Shown: positions 1 through 13,557 of the stretch, piece by piece
Position numbering within the stretch: the first letter of the stretch is position 1
Layout: each line of letters starts with the position of its first letter
DNA from: Balanoglossus misakiensis
Taxonomy: Eukaryota; Animalia; Hemichordata
DNA: 64,000 nt
Direction of reading: 5' to 3'
Assembly: GCA_040954595.2 (NCBI GenBank)
Contig: CM082588.2
Span: forward strand, 9,780,844 to 9,844,843
Program-made: the position numbers and the translations under genes
The notes under the pieces: generated by a model
What the model saw: the letters and a program-made list of their open reading frames with translations, nothing else
Databases searched by the model: none
What the model was told of the DNA's origin: nothing

Positions 1-399
1 TTAGTGATAGTAGTGTTGCCATTTAAGTGTACAATAACACTTCTTTTATTGGAGTTTAAATGGAGCTGGGATCGAGGATGTGGGAGTTGGTCCTGGGACG
101 AGGCTACCTCGTGTTTTTTTTTTGCCAAGACGGACAGCGGACATTCCCCACCCTCCCTCCCATTGTTTAAAAAAATACGATAATGTTATTAAAAGTTAAG
201 AGCTTTATCGTTAGAAGCGCTTTTAGTGTTACATGCTTCGCCTCTGCATTCTGTAATTCCTGTTCTGGCGGTTTTTCAGGCTATTTAGCCGGTCAACATG
301 AGAAATTAAAATAGTTGACCTTTACCCCCAACACTTGTGTCTGTTTTATTAGTTTGTTAGTGATAGTAGTGTTGCCATTTAAATATTAATATTATTACA

Positions 400-1600
400 T
401 AAACGACACTCTTACTTAGCATAGGAATTGGTCAGGTGAACTATATTCGCAGAGCTGACCAATTGTTTAAGTAAAATTCAAGTTGGGTAATATGGACGTA
501 TTCACATTTACAAACTGTGCTATGTATGGGATAGTGATGTTGCCTAATTTGAACGTCTCCACATTTACTTGAATTCTAGTAGTAGCTAAACAAGGCTGCC
601 TATAAAAAGATCATTGTGAAACATACACAACACTTTTATTGAGCATGGGAAATGTTAATGAGAACTGTGTTCTCGGAGCTCACAAACAGTGTTATGGGAA
701 ATTCAAGCTGCTAAACTTGCATGTCTCTACATTTACTGAAATTCTGATTATGAGCTAAATAAGGCAATGTATGGGAATGTCATTTTACCGCATACTGTCA
801 CACAACATTTCTATTTAGCATGGGAAATAGTCTTAAGAACAGTATTCTCAGAGTTTACAAACTGTGTTATGTGTAGGATATTCAAGTTGCCTAATTGACA
901 ATTGTTAGCAACCAGTTGTCTTCAAGAAGGTTTGGGGCACCAACCTCAACGTGCTTTATTCTCACTACATTTAGGTACCCAGGTATGCTAGATGGTTTTA
1001 GTGATCTATAAAGTTACCTTGTATATTGAGCAACTGTTAACTTGGAGTGTTGCTCAATGATAGGAAAGTCCTTTGTTCATTTTCAAAGTGAAAACCAAAA
1101 ATGTGAACAAAACACACTGAGTTATGTACGGGATATTGATGTTGCCTAATTTGCATCTCTCCACATTTACTTAAACTCTAAAAGGGAGACAAATGTCGCA
1201 GCAGAGGGAAAATAATTATGCCACACGCAACACATTTATTGAGCATGGGAAATGTTCATGAGAACTGTCTTATGAGAATTCTCAGGGCTCACAAAGTGTG
1301 TTATAGGAAATCTGACAAGGAATCCAAACTGTAACACATACACAACATTGTTATTTAGCCTGGGAAATGGTCCTGAGAACAATATTCTCAGAGTTGACAA
1401 ACTGTGTTATGTGCATTATATTGATGTTGTCTAATTTGTACGCCTGTACATTTATTAATACTCTGACAGTGAGCTTAATAACGCAGCGCCGGCTAAGGTC
1501 ATGTTGCCATGTACACAACATTTTTAATTAGCATAGGTAATGGTCATGATAACTTCATTTGCAGAGCTGTCAAACTGTGTTATGTGAAATTCATGTTGCC
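400..1600. repeat. Degenerate tandem repeat, about six copies
   Basis: Recurring motifs cacaaca..tttagcatgggaaat, gagaac..tattctcagag, acaaactgtgttatg and gttgcctaatttg; copies start near 405, 627, 799, 1226, 1341 and 1514. Confidence 0.6.
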
Positions 1601-3016
1601 TTTTTCGTGATGATGGCTTGTGGTACACAAGGGTTAACAGCAATCAGCAATTGCTTGTATGAAGGGTATGATGATTGGTTTACAAATGTGAATGGTATAA
1701 TAATGGGCAACACACGTGGAAGGGTTTAATAAACAGTTAACAAATGTGGTGATGGTTTGCGGTAAAATTGAGTGTACACAGATTATAATGGGCCAAACAA
1801 TGAGTATAATAAAGATAATTGCACTGTGCATGTCCCGCACTTTGGCCCCTCACTATTGTATTTTCGACACCCTTACATACCTTTTAATGACGGTGAAGGG
1901 TTTTATGTGAATGGTGTAATAAAGGTTAACAAATGTGGTGATAGCTTTGGTGTACAGGCTGTAAATATTGATAGTAATGACAAAGGTATAATAATAATAA
2001 AAGCTTAAATAAGTGTCGGGGTATACTCATCATGATGGTTCGTTCATTGGTTAATGTGTATATTTTATGAATAACATGCTATTGTTTCTCAGATAGTTCA
2101 TAATCAGGATTTTTCCATGCACATCGTCATCATGATTCAGTGGAATTCTTCGGAATGGTACCTGTGATCATTTTCACGCACCGACACACTGTACGCGGCA
2201 GACATGCAGAAAATATTAACACGTAACTCGCACGCATAATGTTAAATCTAAACGACTATATGTTAGGTTAGCTTCAACTCCCCACCCCATCCAAATTCCA
2301 CATTTAGCTTGCTGTGAGGTTTTGGGGTAGTACCGATTGGGAAACTTCAAGGTTCATTCACTGTATCAAATATTGGATTTGTCACACTGTGTCTGGGGTG
2401 GGTAAAACATGGAGAAATGTTGTCAGTAAACTTTAACCAGGCAGGTCACATGAAAGGAAGATTTTATCGTTTGAGTTCGATGACATACACGATAAGATTT
2501 GTCACTTTTGACACCTTTTTTCAATTTGACTTAGACGCAGATGTATCTTTTCATTTGGACACTGTTATGTTTACTGACTCGGTGAGATCAGGTAACGTTT
2601 TGTGTAACTCTTTTAATGAGAAACTTCAACTGGAACACGAACACAACAACTGTACGTTCTGCTAGTACAAGATGTCATATAAACTCTGCTAGAGGGCGCT
2701 CTATCAAAGCATTGCATGTGGTATGCTATAGTGGGTTATAGGCATATCATAACATCCCCCTCCTTAAGCTGGATAGCAAACTTGTGAAAAGTGTATTGCG
2801 ATAAATGTTCAGACACAGAGTCCATAATGTTCTATCAACTGAGAGTTCCTATCAGTCTATGAATTCATGCAAACAGTGTTCATTGTAATGTTCAAATAAT
2901 GCTAAAGTTTTGACACTGGGAATAACACCAACACTGTGAAATGTACTGCAAGATTTTCAGCTTTGTGAAATGTTTTAACAAGAATGCAACATCAACAACT
3001 AATGGTCTCTGGTGAT

Positions 3017-3381
3017 TCACGAGAGTACAAAATCATCGAATTTGCTCGGTAGTTTACTGTTCCGCTTTGGGCGATCCACAGAACAAGGAGCAAGTGTTTC
3101 TTGAGCGGTGTCTGCCTTGAGTGCGCATCTGACATCTGGCTGGCGATCACCTGTTTCATCAGTTGCAGTGCGGCTGGATGCTGCATTGTGGTGCGGTTGG
3201 TGCGTGGGCTTTACATGAACTAAATCACGCTGATATTGAACTCCCTCCGGGGTCCGGATGGTGTATCTGCGATCAGACGACTTGTCAATCACCGTAGCTG
3301 GTTGCCAGGTTGACTTTGGTGTCTTCTGAAATCTGCATGGGGAGCCAATATGGAGTGGCATTTTTTCAGCATGTCCTCCAT
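3017..3381 (-). pseudogene. Gypsy integrase C-terminal (GPY/SH3-like) fragment
   Basis: WQPATVIDKSSDRRYTIRTPEGVQYQRDLVHVKP...RPKRNSKLPSKFDDFV is a typical Mag-clade Pol C-terminus. Confidence 0.8.
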
Positions 3382-4898
3382 GAGGTATGTAAGAGGTCAA
3401 AACTCGGTAGTCTGCACCAGGTTCTGCGCCAGGCGCATTTTCATAAAAGGGAACTCTGCGCCATGTGTTTGCACCATGCATTCTGCGCCACCCTTTGCGC
3501 CAAGCGATCTGCGCCACCCTATTCACGTACGTGCATGTGTAGGATGGACGGTAACAACGCAGCGTCCCAGTACAGGCACAATATACACGTTTGTACATTA
3601 CATGTTTATTTCAAATGAAAGGTAATTAAAAAGAACTTTTGTACAGCGTGTAATTTCTGAAAATTGTTGAGAAAAAAAAGTAAATTCAAGTTCGTTCGCG
3701 GGCTGAATGGGTTAACAGGAACAGTTGGTTTCCTGGAAACTACTGATAACTTCGTAAACAACGTTCAGTCTATTATTTCTTCAGAAAACCGTTGAGAGAT
3801 GATTGTTTTAGGGAACATCGCTTCTGCACAATGGCGTTCGGTCATCGATTTCAAATTCTGGATTTCGGTGAGATAGCGAGTCGCCATCTGGGTCGACGTT
3901 TTCAGTGTTGTCACTCATGTTTTACTGTCATAATTAATATTCACCGATAAGATTAATAAATCGCCGCCCTAGTCGACACTACGTGGCCTCACTGTAGGTT
4001 GTATTGTTTACAACAGAGATTCACACCTCGCCAAGGGGTGGCTTATCAGTAAATTGCTAACGAAGTGTTGACAAACCATCGTCTTGACTATTGTTCGGAA
4101 GACAGGAAAACCAAAATTAGCACATCGTTGCGGTAATTTTTGATGAAAGACATGATGTCAACCTTTTCAATGAAGTGATCGGTTGAATTTGAGGGGTGGG
4201 ACCGACCAACGCTGTCGGTGTTCGAAGTGGCAATGATCACTTTACGTGATGTCATCACGAGAATGCGTCGCGTTATCGACCAAAATTCGTGTAATAACCC
4301 CTTTATCGTACATGCCTACCTATAAAACAGTACGATTTGCGAAAATGCACCGAGAAAAACAATTTCACGGCCAGAAATTTGAACAGGACGTCCTGAGATC
4401 ACAGCAGTAGCCCATAGCCAAGTGAGACTGGGCGATGCGATCAGGTGATCAACGTGTAGGCAGTAGTATCATTCTAAGGGGCTGGCAGCTTCAATTACGA
4501 TGGGCACATCCGCATTCTGAATAAAATTGTCTACGTTCTCTTTCCAAATAACAAGTTAACAATTATTTTGCATTGAGAAATACGACGCAAGAAAAATTAT
4601 ACATTCAACATGGCAAAACCACCAGGTTTGAAAACGTTATTACATGCTTTATTTTTATCGATCGTCCATCAATGGTCCCCTAGGACTGCGAGGCGAACGC
4701 GAACGAGACCCAGGCTCCACTGGGACGCCGCGTTGTTGCCGTCCATCCTACACATGCACGTACGTACGCAGATCGCTTGGCGCAAAGGGTGGCGCAGAAT
4801 GCATGGTGCAAACACATGGCGCAGAGTTCCCTTTTATGAAAATGCGCCTGGCGCAGAACCTGGTGCAGACTACCGAGTTTTGACCTCTTACATACCTG
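3382..4898. mobile_element. Non-autonomous DNA transposon with long TIRs
   Basis: About 130 bp of perfect TIR extending to ~190 bp imperfect (aggtatgtaagaggtcaaaactcgg... / ...ccgagttttgacctcttacatacctg). 7-bp TSD cctccat at 3375-3381 and 4899-4905. It splits the integrase. Confidence 0.88.
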
Positions 4899-5994
4899 CC
4901 TCCATTTGAGTTTGCTCGCTGCTCGATTCTGTCTCTGTAGACATCTGAGGCTGGTTGATGACCGTACCGGTACTGTATGAATGGAAGATTTGTCTCCACC
5001 TTTCTGCCGGGGAACATCAACGCGAATGGAGACGGAACGTCTGCTGTGATGGGTGTATCACGTAGCGTTGTGAGGATTTCTCTCAGGTTTTCCTCTCCTT
5101 TCTTGAGCGACTTTTAAGCATGGCTTTCACCGTGCCTCTTTCTGCACGCCCATTCGCTTGTTGGTGATAGGGTGCACTGGTGGAATACCGTATTTCATGG
5201 GATCTGCAGTACTCGTGGTATCATTCCTCACTTATGAGTTGTGAGCCGTTGTCGGAAATCAATTTCTCGGGGTAGCCGAAATTGGAGAAAATTTCGTCTA
5301 GCTTGCCGATGACTGTTGAGCTTCGTGTGTTGGGTAGCTTGTTTGCCCAGACGAAACCTGTGTAGTAGTCAACGCTAAGCAGGTACTGAGATGACTCAAA
5401 CTCGAATAAGTCGCTGCCAATCGTCTGCATGGCTTCAATGCTGTGGATTGGTTGTACTGGAAGCTTGGTTTGGCTTCGCTGATATGACTGACATTGGTTA
5501 CAGTCGCGTACCATGTTTTCGATGTCTGCGTTCAGACCGGGCCAGTACACTGATTGTCGGGCTCGAAGTCTGGTTTTCTCGACACCTTGGTGCTGTTGGT
5601 GAAGTACTTGTAGGATGTGTTGACTCATACTGGACGGTATGACGATTCTGTGACCTTTCAGCACAACACCCTTAGAGCGATGCTGTCAGTATGCGTGGGC
5701 TGTTTCGTTGCACTGGTTCTTCTCTTTCGGCCATCCGTTTGTTATGTACACAGACAATGACTGAAGAACTGAGTCAGCGTCAGTCAGTTGGCGGATCCGA
5801 TCTATGACAAAGGGCTTCATAGTGGAAATTTCGTGCACATGAACATCAACATCAGGAAACTGATATGTGGTCTGCTTCGTGTCTACGCATCTGGAAAAAC
5901 AGTCGGCGAGTGGTACGTCCTGACCTGGGACGTAATGGATAGCGTACTTGTATCCCTGTATGTGTAGAATCAGTCTCTGCAGCCTAACTGGCAT
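4899..5994 (-). pseudogene. Gypsy RNase H end and integrase fragments
   Basis: HHCC motif (LHQQHQG..CNQC), GSDLF, VDYYT and ISDNG, broken by frameshifts. Confidence 0.85.
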
Positions 5995-6023
5995 CTTGCA
6001 AATTTGCTTCTTTGCTATCGCTT

Positions 6024-7790
6024 CTAGTATAGTGGCTTGTGGTCGGTGTGAATGGTATAACGTCCACTAAACACGTAGTGCTTGAAGTGTATCGTTGCCC
6101 ATACAACAGCTAACATCTCGCGCTCTATGTTGCTGTAGTTAGACTCAGTGGGGGTGAGGGCTTTCCATGCGAAATGGATTGGTTTGCCATTCTGCAGTAA
6201 CACAGCACCTAGACCTTTGCATGATGCATCACACTGGATCACGATTTCTTTGCTAGCGTCGAAGTCGGTAAGTACTGGCGCTTTGGTGATAGCATTTATC
6301 CTGTGTAGTGCTTGGTCGTGGCTTTCAGACCAAATAAACAGGACGTCTTTCTGTAGTAGTTTTCTGAGTGGTTCAGTCAGTGGACTCAGCTTCACGAACT
6401 TTGACAGGTAGTTTACGAGACTGAGGAGTGACTGTAGCTCTTGTTTGTTTGTTGGCGCTTTCAGTTTCTGGATTGCAGCCACTTTAGATGGGTCGGGCGA
6501 TACTCCATCTTTGCTCAGGATGTGTCCGAACAGCTTAACTCTGTCTTTGTTAAACTGACATTTCTCGCCGTTGAGCTTGACATTGTTCTGTCTGCAGGCT
6601 TTCATGACATTTTGTATGGCTATGTCATGTTGTTGTCTGGATTCGGCAGCAATGAGGATGTCATCCTTTATGCAGTATTCATTGCTGACCTTCTGGAAAA
6701 TCCGATCCAGCTCAATCTTGAATACTTCTTGGGCTGAGATGAGTCCAAACGGTAGGCGTGTGAAGCAATATCTGCCGTATATAGTGCTGAATGTGGTGAG
6801 GAGTTGCGATTCCTCATCAAGTGGGATATTCCAATATCCGCTTCTGAGATCAAGTGTTGAGAAGTACTTTGCGTTCTTCAGCTCTGGAAGAATGTCATCA
6901 AGAGTTTTCGCGTAGTAGTGTGGACGTTTGATGAACTTGTTAAGTTCGCGTGGGTCCAGACATTTGCGTAGGGATCCGTCAGCCTTTGTGACAAGTACAA
7001 TGTTGTTGACCCATTCAGTCGGTTCCTGTACTTCCCTGATGACGCCGATTTCAATCAGACGGTCAAGTTCTTGTCTGAGAGGGGTTTTCAGTGCGTCGGG
7101 TGTTCTCCTTGTTGCGTTAACTGTGGGCACTGCTCCATCAGACAGCTGGATTTTGTGTTCATTTTGGATTTTGCCAACACCTTCGAACACATCAGCGTTG
7201 TCATTGATGAAATGTTCCTTGCTGGTGTACGATGCGATTTCTTTCACATCAAATTTCTCAAAGCAGCTGTGTCTATCACAGGGAAATTTCACAAGTCCTA
7301 GCTTGGCGCATAAGCTGAGGCCGAGTAGGTTGTTCCCCTGTTCTGAGATGAAGGACACGACGTTAAGTAGACGGGCGTTTTGATGCTCGATGACCGGGAC
7401 AGTTACTTTCCCATGGTTTGGGAAACGTTTGCCTCCATATCCGCTAAGACGCATATCAGTTGTGTCTGGCTTGTGGTTTGGGCCAAACAGTGTTCGGTAT
7501 GTGGTATAGTCATGCGTTTTCTTATCATGCTGATCAGCTGGTTGAGTGTTTTTATTGGTGGTAGAGCGGCATTTCTTTGCCCAGTGGTTGCGATTGCCAC
7601 ATTTCCTGCAGTCCTGTCCGAAAGCTGGACATTTTCTTGGCGGGTGGTCCAGGCCACAGTTTCTGCATTCCCCACCTGTGTTTTGCTTCAGCTTGCTTTG
7701 TTTGTGGTTATGCACCTTCGCCCTGGCGGAGTGTACAACTTCTCCTGGTTCAGGCGGCGTTGCTTGCCCCATAGTCTTCAGTGCAGACAC
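6024..7790 (-). pseudogene. Gag zinc-knuckle / partial protease / RT / RNase H fragment
   Basis: CRNCGLDH..CPAFGQDCRKCGNRNHWAKKC, LDLRSGYW, degenerate CIKDDILI (YxDD position), QCDAS and TDHKPL. The protease catalytic region appears deleted. Confidence 0.9.
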
Positions 7791-8569
7791 ATGCGCATTG
7801 GCGGCTTCATAAGTTCTACTGAGGGCTATGGCTTCATTGAGCGTGTATTTTTTAGGTTTTGTTAACAGCTCTTTCTGGAACTCAAGTATTGGCGTAGCGG
7901 CAATGATTAAATAGGTCGAAGGATTCAGTTAAATTGTCCGACTCCCAGTTCATAACCGGTATTTTGTTTGCCATGGTCGTTTCGGGAAATGTGCTCGCTG
8001 TGTGTTGCTAGGTATATGCTATACATTAGGCTAGGCTGTGTTCACATCAAAAGTCAACTTACGCCAATTGCTTTGGATTGGGTATCACTCGTCTTCTGAT
8101 GTCAACCGTCACTGGGTCACCATGTTATGTTTACTGACTCGGTGAGATCAAGTTATGTTTTGTGTAACTCGTTTCATGAGAAACTTCAACTGGAACACGA
8201 ACACAACAACTGTACGTTCTGCTAGTACAAGATGGCAGCCATGAACGCGGGAAAAATCATGACCTTACAATGTCATATGAACTCTGCTAGAGGGCGCTCT
8301 ATCAAAGCATTGCATGTGGTATGCTATAGTGAGATTATAGGTATATCATAACAGACATTTTTTTTTTTTTTTAATTTATTTAATTTAATTTGGGAGATAA
8401 AGAATTTTACAGCGCTCAAAAAACAGATGCTGATACATTTAAAGGTACAGATACAGATTCAGTAACAAATATTACATATTAAATTGTGGTATATATTAAA
8501 TTGTTGTATATGCAATTTCAAAGGAGATTCTCAAGTTACAGATATCATTAATAATCAAAATTTTCCCAT

Positions 8570-11500
8570 TTCAGTAAAGCATTCTCTATACATTTATTTC
8601 TTTTGGCAATATACATTTCCACTTTCTTCATAATTCGTACATTTATTTTCACAATATTGAAGGAAGGGAGACCTTACAATCATAAATAGTATTCTTTGTG
8701 ACAAGTATTACGCGATTTAAAAGTAAATTAAGAGATGCATCTCCCAAGAGAATTTGTTTAGCGGAAAGATTAGGAGGTGCATCAAGTGCAGAGCCCCACA
8801 GGAGCAAAACGCTTCTCCATAAAGTTTGTACACATTCACACTCTACAAATAGATGAAGAATGGTCTCGTCGACTTTTTGACAAAAAGTACAAAGACTACT
8901 GTTAACTCTGGGAGGATTCATATGAAACAAAATACGGTTTGTATATAAAACATTATGATTTAACTTCCACTGGAACTCTTGCAATTTTGTTTCTATTGTG
9001 ACCTTGAATGGTAGTGCAAAAATGTGACACCACTCATTTTTGTCCACAGTTAAAAACTGTGAAAAGTACAGCACACTCTTTGGAGGAATTACATAACTTG
9101 CTGTGAAAAGTTTTCTAATATTTTTCACCGTACACTTCCTCAATGGCATAACTTTGTTACAAATTATTACACTGATAGGCAATTCTGGCCTAATTACTTC
9201 CACATTACATTTCTTCCAATTTGATGGAATTGACTGTAAAATACCTTGCCATTGTAAAAGATGGTTAAGAGTACATCCCATAGCAGATAAATCAAACCAC
9301 GTTTTCAAATTATTGTATTGATTAAAGATGTCTACAATGTACACTATACCTTTTTGGAAGAAAAACTTATTAAAAATTGAACAATTGTTAATGAGAATTT
9401 CTTTGTTGTTCCAAATGATTTGTTGCGTAAAACCAAAATAATTACAAGGATTAATGTCACTCCAAAATTCCAACATTTCAATGACAAAGTCTGGTAGTTG
9501 AATGGGAAGAGGTTATACACTGTAGTTACACCTGAAAATGAGTCTGCCACCAATTGGTTGCAGAAAAAAATCCAAAATTAGTTTCCATGGGAGCTTTGTC
9601 TCAGACACGTAGCGCTTAATCCATGAAATTTTAAAAGCTTTGTACAATGCAAAAATGTCTATCATGCCTATTCCCCCTTCTCTAATATCACCGATTATCG
9701 TATTTCTGCTGACCCTATCAGGGCCATTCCAAATAAATTTGTGGATGACACTGTTAATTGTTTTGATATCTGAGATTTTGATATTTATAAGGTTGAAAAT
9801 GTACAGAAACTTGGAAATTATCAATGTTTTAACAATCTGGATTTTACCAATTAAGGTAAGCCCTCTGGACCGCCAGTGGCAAAGCAAACGTGACATAGAT
9901 TCTAAGGGACCTTTAATATTTTCTTTATAAGCAGCAGCAAGGTTATAAGAAAAGAAAATGCCAACAATTTTAATTGGCATCTCTGGCCATTTTATACCAA
10001 AAGGTTTATCCTCTCTGTGCCTCCATTTGCCAAGCCACATAGCTTCCGTTTTGTTACGATTTATACATAAACCAGATGCTAAATGAAAATTGTTTAAAAG
10101 AGAAATAAGATTCACAGCAGATGTTTCGTCTGCCAAGAAACATGTCAGATCATCTGCAAATGCAGCATTTTTGATTTCTTTGTTTAATATACCAATGCCA
10201 TGAATATTATCATTTTGTTGAAAAGCAACAAAAGTACTTCCAACCCAATGATAAAAAGAGCTGGGGATAGAGGGTCTCCTTGACGAACACATCGCTGTAA
10301 ATCAAAATATCCTGTTGAGAGGCCACAATTAAGAACACAGCTGGTTGGATGTGAATAAAAAGTGCGAATCCAATTCATAAGAGAAGGGCCAAAATTTAAA
10401 GCTTCAATACAGAAATGGCCATTCTAGGCTGTCAAAAGCCTTCTCAAAAGCTACTGCCATAAGAATACCAGGTAAGTTTTCCATTTTTGTAAACTCCAAA
10501 ATGCTATCTATGATTCTTACACAATCACCTATTTGACGACCCTTTATAAAAGCACACTGGGTCTCATTAATAATATTATGCAAGATCTTGTCTAAATGTC
10601 TAGAAATACATTTCGCACCAATCTTGTAATCAACATTTAAGAGTGTAATGTGCCTCCAGTTTTTAACAAAACGTTTGTCTTTACCCTTTTTCTCAATGAG
10701 AGTGATAACACCTTGCTTCTGACTGTTTGACAAAACACCCATCTCATAACCTTTGTTTAAAGAATAAACAACATAGTAACCTATAAGAGGCCAAAATTTC
10801 ATATACAATTCAACAGACAGGCAATCATTACCTGGAGTTTTGTTTGATGGCATACTAGAGAGGGCCTGGAACGCTTCATCATAAGTGATGAGGCCATCAC
10901 AAGAGGCACTATCTGTATCAGTTAACATGGGCAAGTTTACCATGTTGAAAAAGTCAGTAATGGAGTTCAGATTTTAATGATTTTGTTTACTATGATAAAG
11001 CTTGGAATAAAAAGACTTAAGTTCTCCTAAAATCTCTTGAGAGTCCGTTATCCTCCTTCCTTCATCATTTATAATTTGGACACTGTGGGACTTCTTAGAA
11101 TTAGCCTTTTCCAAACTAAGAAAATACTTTGTATTCTTTTCCCCCAGCTCATACCAGTTTGCTCTTGAACGAATAATGCTACCTTCAACAACGTAATCTA
11201 ATTCTATCTGCAATTCCTTTCTTATACATTCAATCTCATCCCTAATCTCATTGGATGGATCAGAAGCTAGAGCTACCTCCATATGGGTAAGCTTGGTCTC
11301 AAGCTCAGAAATATTATCTCTTCTAGCTTTTGCCTTTTGTTTCCCATAAGAAAGAGAGGCTGTCTTAATTTTGTACTTCAAAAAATCCCAAACTTGAATT
11401 GGCTCTTGAGAGTGGTACTCATCTACCCAATTTTCAAAGTTGCCATAAATAAGTTTGATAAACTGATCATCTAGAAGAAAGCTATTATTGAACTTCCAGT

Positions 11501-12308
11501 AGGAATGCCCAAGCCTGGCTCGACTATCACCAATGGAAAGAGTAATTGCAGAATGGTCACTATAATTACAAGAAATGATATCTGTATCTGAGACAGCTTG
11601 CTGCAGAGAGCTGCTCACTAAGAAATAATCTAAACGACTCTGAATTAACTCGGGACGCAATTTGCTCCAGGTAAAACGTCTCGTGGAAGGATTACGGACT
11701 CTCCAAATATCCGAAAGATCAAATTTAGCACAAAGCTCACTCAAAATAGTAGCTGACTTTTTCCACGTGGTTGGGTTTCCACCTTTCCTGTCCAAGTTAG
11801 GATTTATAGTCATATTATGATCCCTTACCCAAATAATCTCTCTATCTGGTTCTACTTCCATAGCATAAAGCATTTCAGTGATCTGTGAAAGATATGAAAC
11901 ATGCTCAGTTTCATTATAATAATAATTTAATAATTTTTCATTATTTGGACCATAACAATTTATGAGTAAATACGGCTTTTCAAAAATATCTACTGAAATA
12001 ATAATCCGACAATCTTTATCGGTACTTACATTATAAATAGAGAAATGTACATTTCTAAAAATAACAAGTACACCTCTACTATTGGAGGTACCGTGTGAAA
12101 AAATAAAATGGCCAGGGAGTAGACTTGGCCACAGCTGTTCATCTTTAGGCACACTATTAGTTTCTTGAAGGAAAATGATATTTGGATTTTTCTTTTGCAA
12201 CCACTGAAAAACACCTTTTCGTTTCTTATAGTTAGCAATACCACGCACATTTGCTGAAATTACATTATAGTTCTCTGACATCAAATTTGACAGAAAATAA
12301 CTGTACAA
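8570..12308 (-). pseudogene. L1 ORF2 (APE endonuclease, RT, CCHC zinc finger), frameshifted
   Basis: ISANVRG, FLQET, SRLDYFL and SDH (APE); VRQGDPLSP and FADDLT (RT); CTFC..ETILHLFVEC. Split over ORFs 10974-12308, 10404-10943, 10184-10378, 9513-10292 and 8649-9476. Confidence 0.92.
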
Positions 12309-12783
12309 AGATGCACTGAATTTTTTCTAAATCTCCCAAAATTTTCAAAATAGAAAAGAAAAAAGGAAAAAAAATGAACTCTACAACGAGCTCAGCATAG
12401 ACCGAAAACAAAACAAAAAAAAACAACAACAGGCAAGGTGACGGATCTGGCGTAAAGCAATTTAGGGAGGTGTGGGGAAAGAATATCTCCCCAACAGCGA
12501 TAACCATAGTCAAAAGCATAATTGACTAATGCAGTAAAATGAAAAAAGAGAGAGAGAGAAAAAACAAGACATGAATGATCACAATATCGAATAACAGGTC
12601 AACAAAAAGCATTTCTCTAATGGCAGGTGTCCATGTATACAGACAAGTAAAAGAGGACTGATCACCAGTAGCGACATTGCTCTCACACTGACATCAAAAG
12701 GATATGATAAACAAGTCAATGTCTTTGCTGGTAATCTTGTGGTGAAGGCGTGTATTTTGAGTTGTTGATGTAGAGTTGACCAT

Positions 12784-13557
12784 TTACGAACTTGACTTTC
12801 TTTTTTTCGTTGTACGGAGGCTTTGCTTGACTTTATAGTCCGCTGGGCACAAGTCTGGTTTGACAAAAATGTCCGTACCTCTGAAAGCCGTACGCCAGTT
12901 TCTCAGTAGTTCACTCCGCTGTAATCGAAGAGGGAGTTTAACGATGATATGCCTCGGTTTGCCAGATTTACTGCGAGTGTCTTTCACACTTGGACTGCGG
13001 TGGGCATTGTCAATCAAAATGTCCGCCATCTTGAACTTTTCTGCAGCGAGTCTCTTTATGGTTTCAACGCAATTTTCATCTTCTTTTTCGGGTATGCCTC
13101 CAATACGGAGATTGTAGTTTCGGGAGTATCTTTCAAGCCTTGTCACCGAACTCTCAACTTGTTCATTTCTTTTGGTAAACTCCTCTAATTTTGTTTGAAG
13201 TTTCTGAAAGTCTGCCTTCAACTCCACGTTCTCTCCCTTCAGCGTATCTATGTCGTCATATGCATACTGCATGGCCTTTTCAAGTTCAGTGTATTTCGTT
13301 TCAACAAGTTCCATTCTTTCAGACAGCTTTCGTTGTTCAGTTATAATCGTTGAAACCCGGTCAGATATCGAGCCCACTTTCTCCTCTAAGTCCTGCAGAC
13401 ATTCCTTCATTAAGGCTTTCAGCAAGTCACGAGAGAAGCCACTCTCACCTTCTCGCACGCCCGGTTCTGATGTACCGCCGCCATCTTTGAAGTACGCTGC
13501 GATGTCTTGGTTGTCCGTACCGACTTGTTTGCTCTTATTTCGGGTTGCGTTTGCCAT
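12784..13557 (-). CDS. L1 ORF1p (coiled coil + RRM, Transposase_22-like), probably 3' frameshifted
   Basis: Heptad-rich segment, then LERYSRNYNLRIGGIPE, IDNAHR, PRHIIVK and IFVKPDL. Confidence 0.88.
   Translation of the reverse strand: MANATRNKSKQVGTDNQDIAAYFKDGGGTSEPGVREGESGFSRDLLKALMKECLQDLEEKVGSISDRVSTIITEQRKLSERMELVETKYTELEKAMQYAYDDIDTLKGENVELKADFQKLQTKLEEFTKRNEQVESSVTRLERYSRNYNLRIGGIPEKEDENCVETIKRLAAEKFKMADILIDNAHRSPSVKDTRSKSGKPRHIIVKLPLRLQRSELLRNWRTAFRGTDIFVKPDLCPADYKVKQSLRTTKKRKSSS

Larger units (their letters stand above)
2563..8353 (-). mobile_element. Ty3/Gypsy LTR retrotransposon (Mag-like), decayed
   Basis: LTRs 2563-2754 and 8123-8353 (tgttatg...cataaca). PPT complement tccccctcc follows 2754. 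PBS (minus strand tggtgacccag, tRNA-Trp-like) lies at ~8112-8122. TSD gacac/gacat with one mismatch. Confidence 0.92.

Noticed and set aside
2280-2562. Possible decayed minus-strand coding frame continuing from 13732-13950 across the LTR/L1 insertion
   Set aside because: Many stop codons and no recognisable motif, so it cannot be supported without a search.
3017-4909. ORFs 3017-3598, 3350-3625, 4610-4909 and 4748-5020 sharing identical peptides
   Set aside because: An artefact of reading the two TIRs of the inserted transposon.
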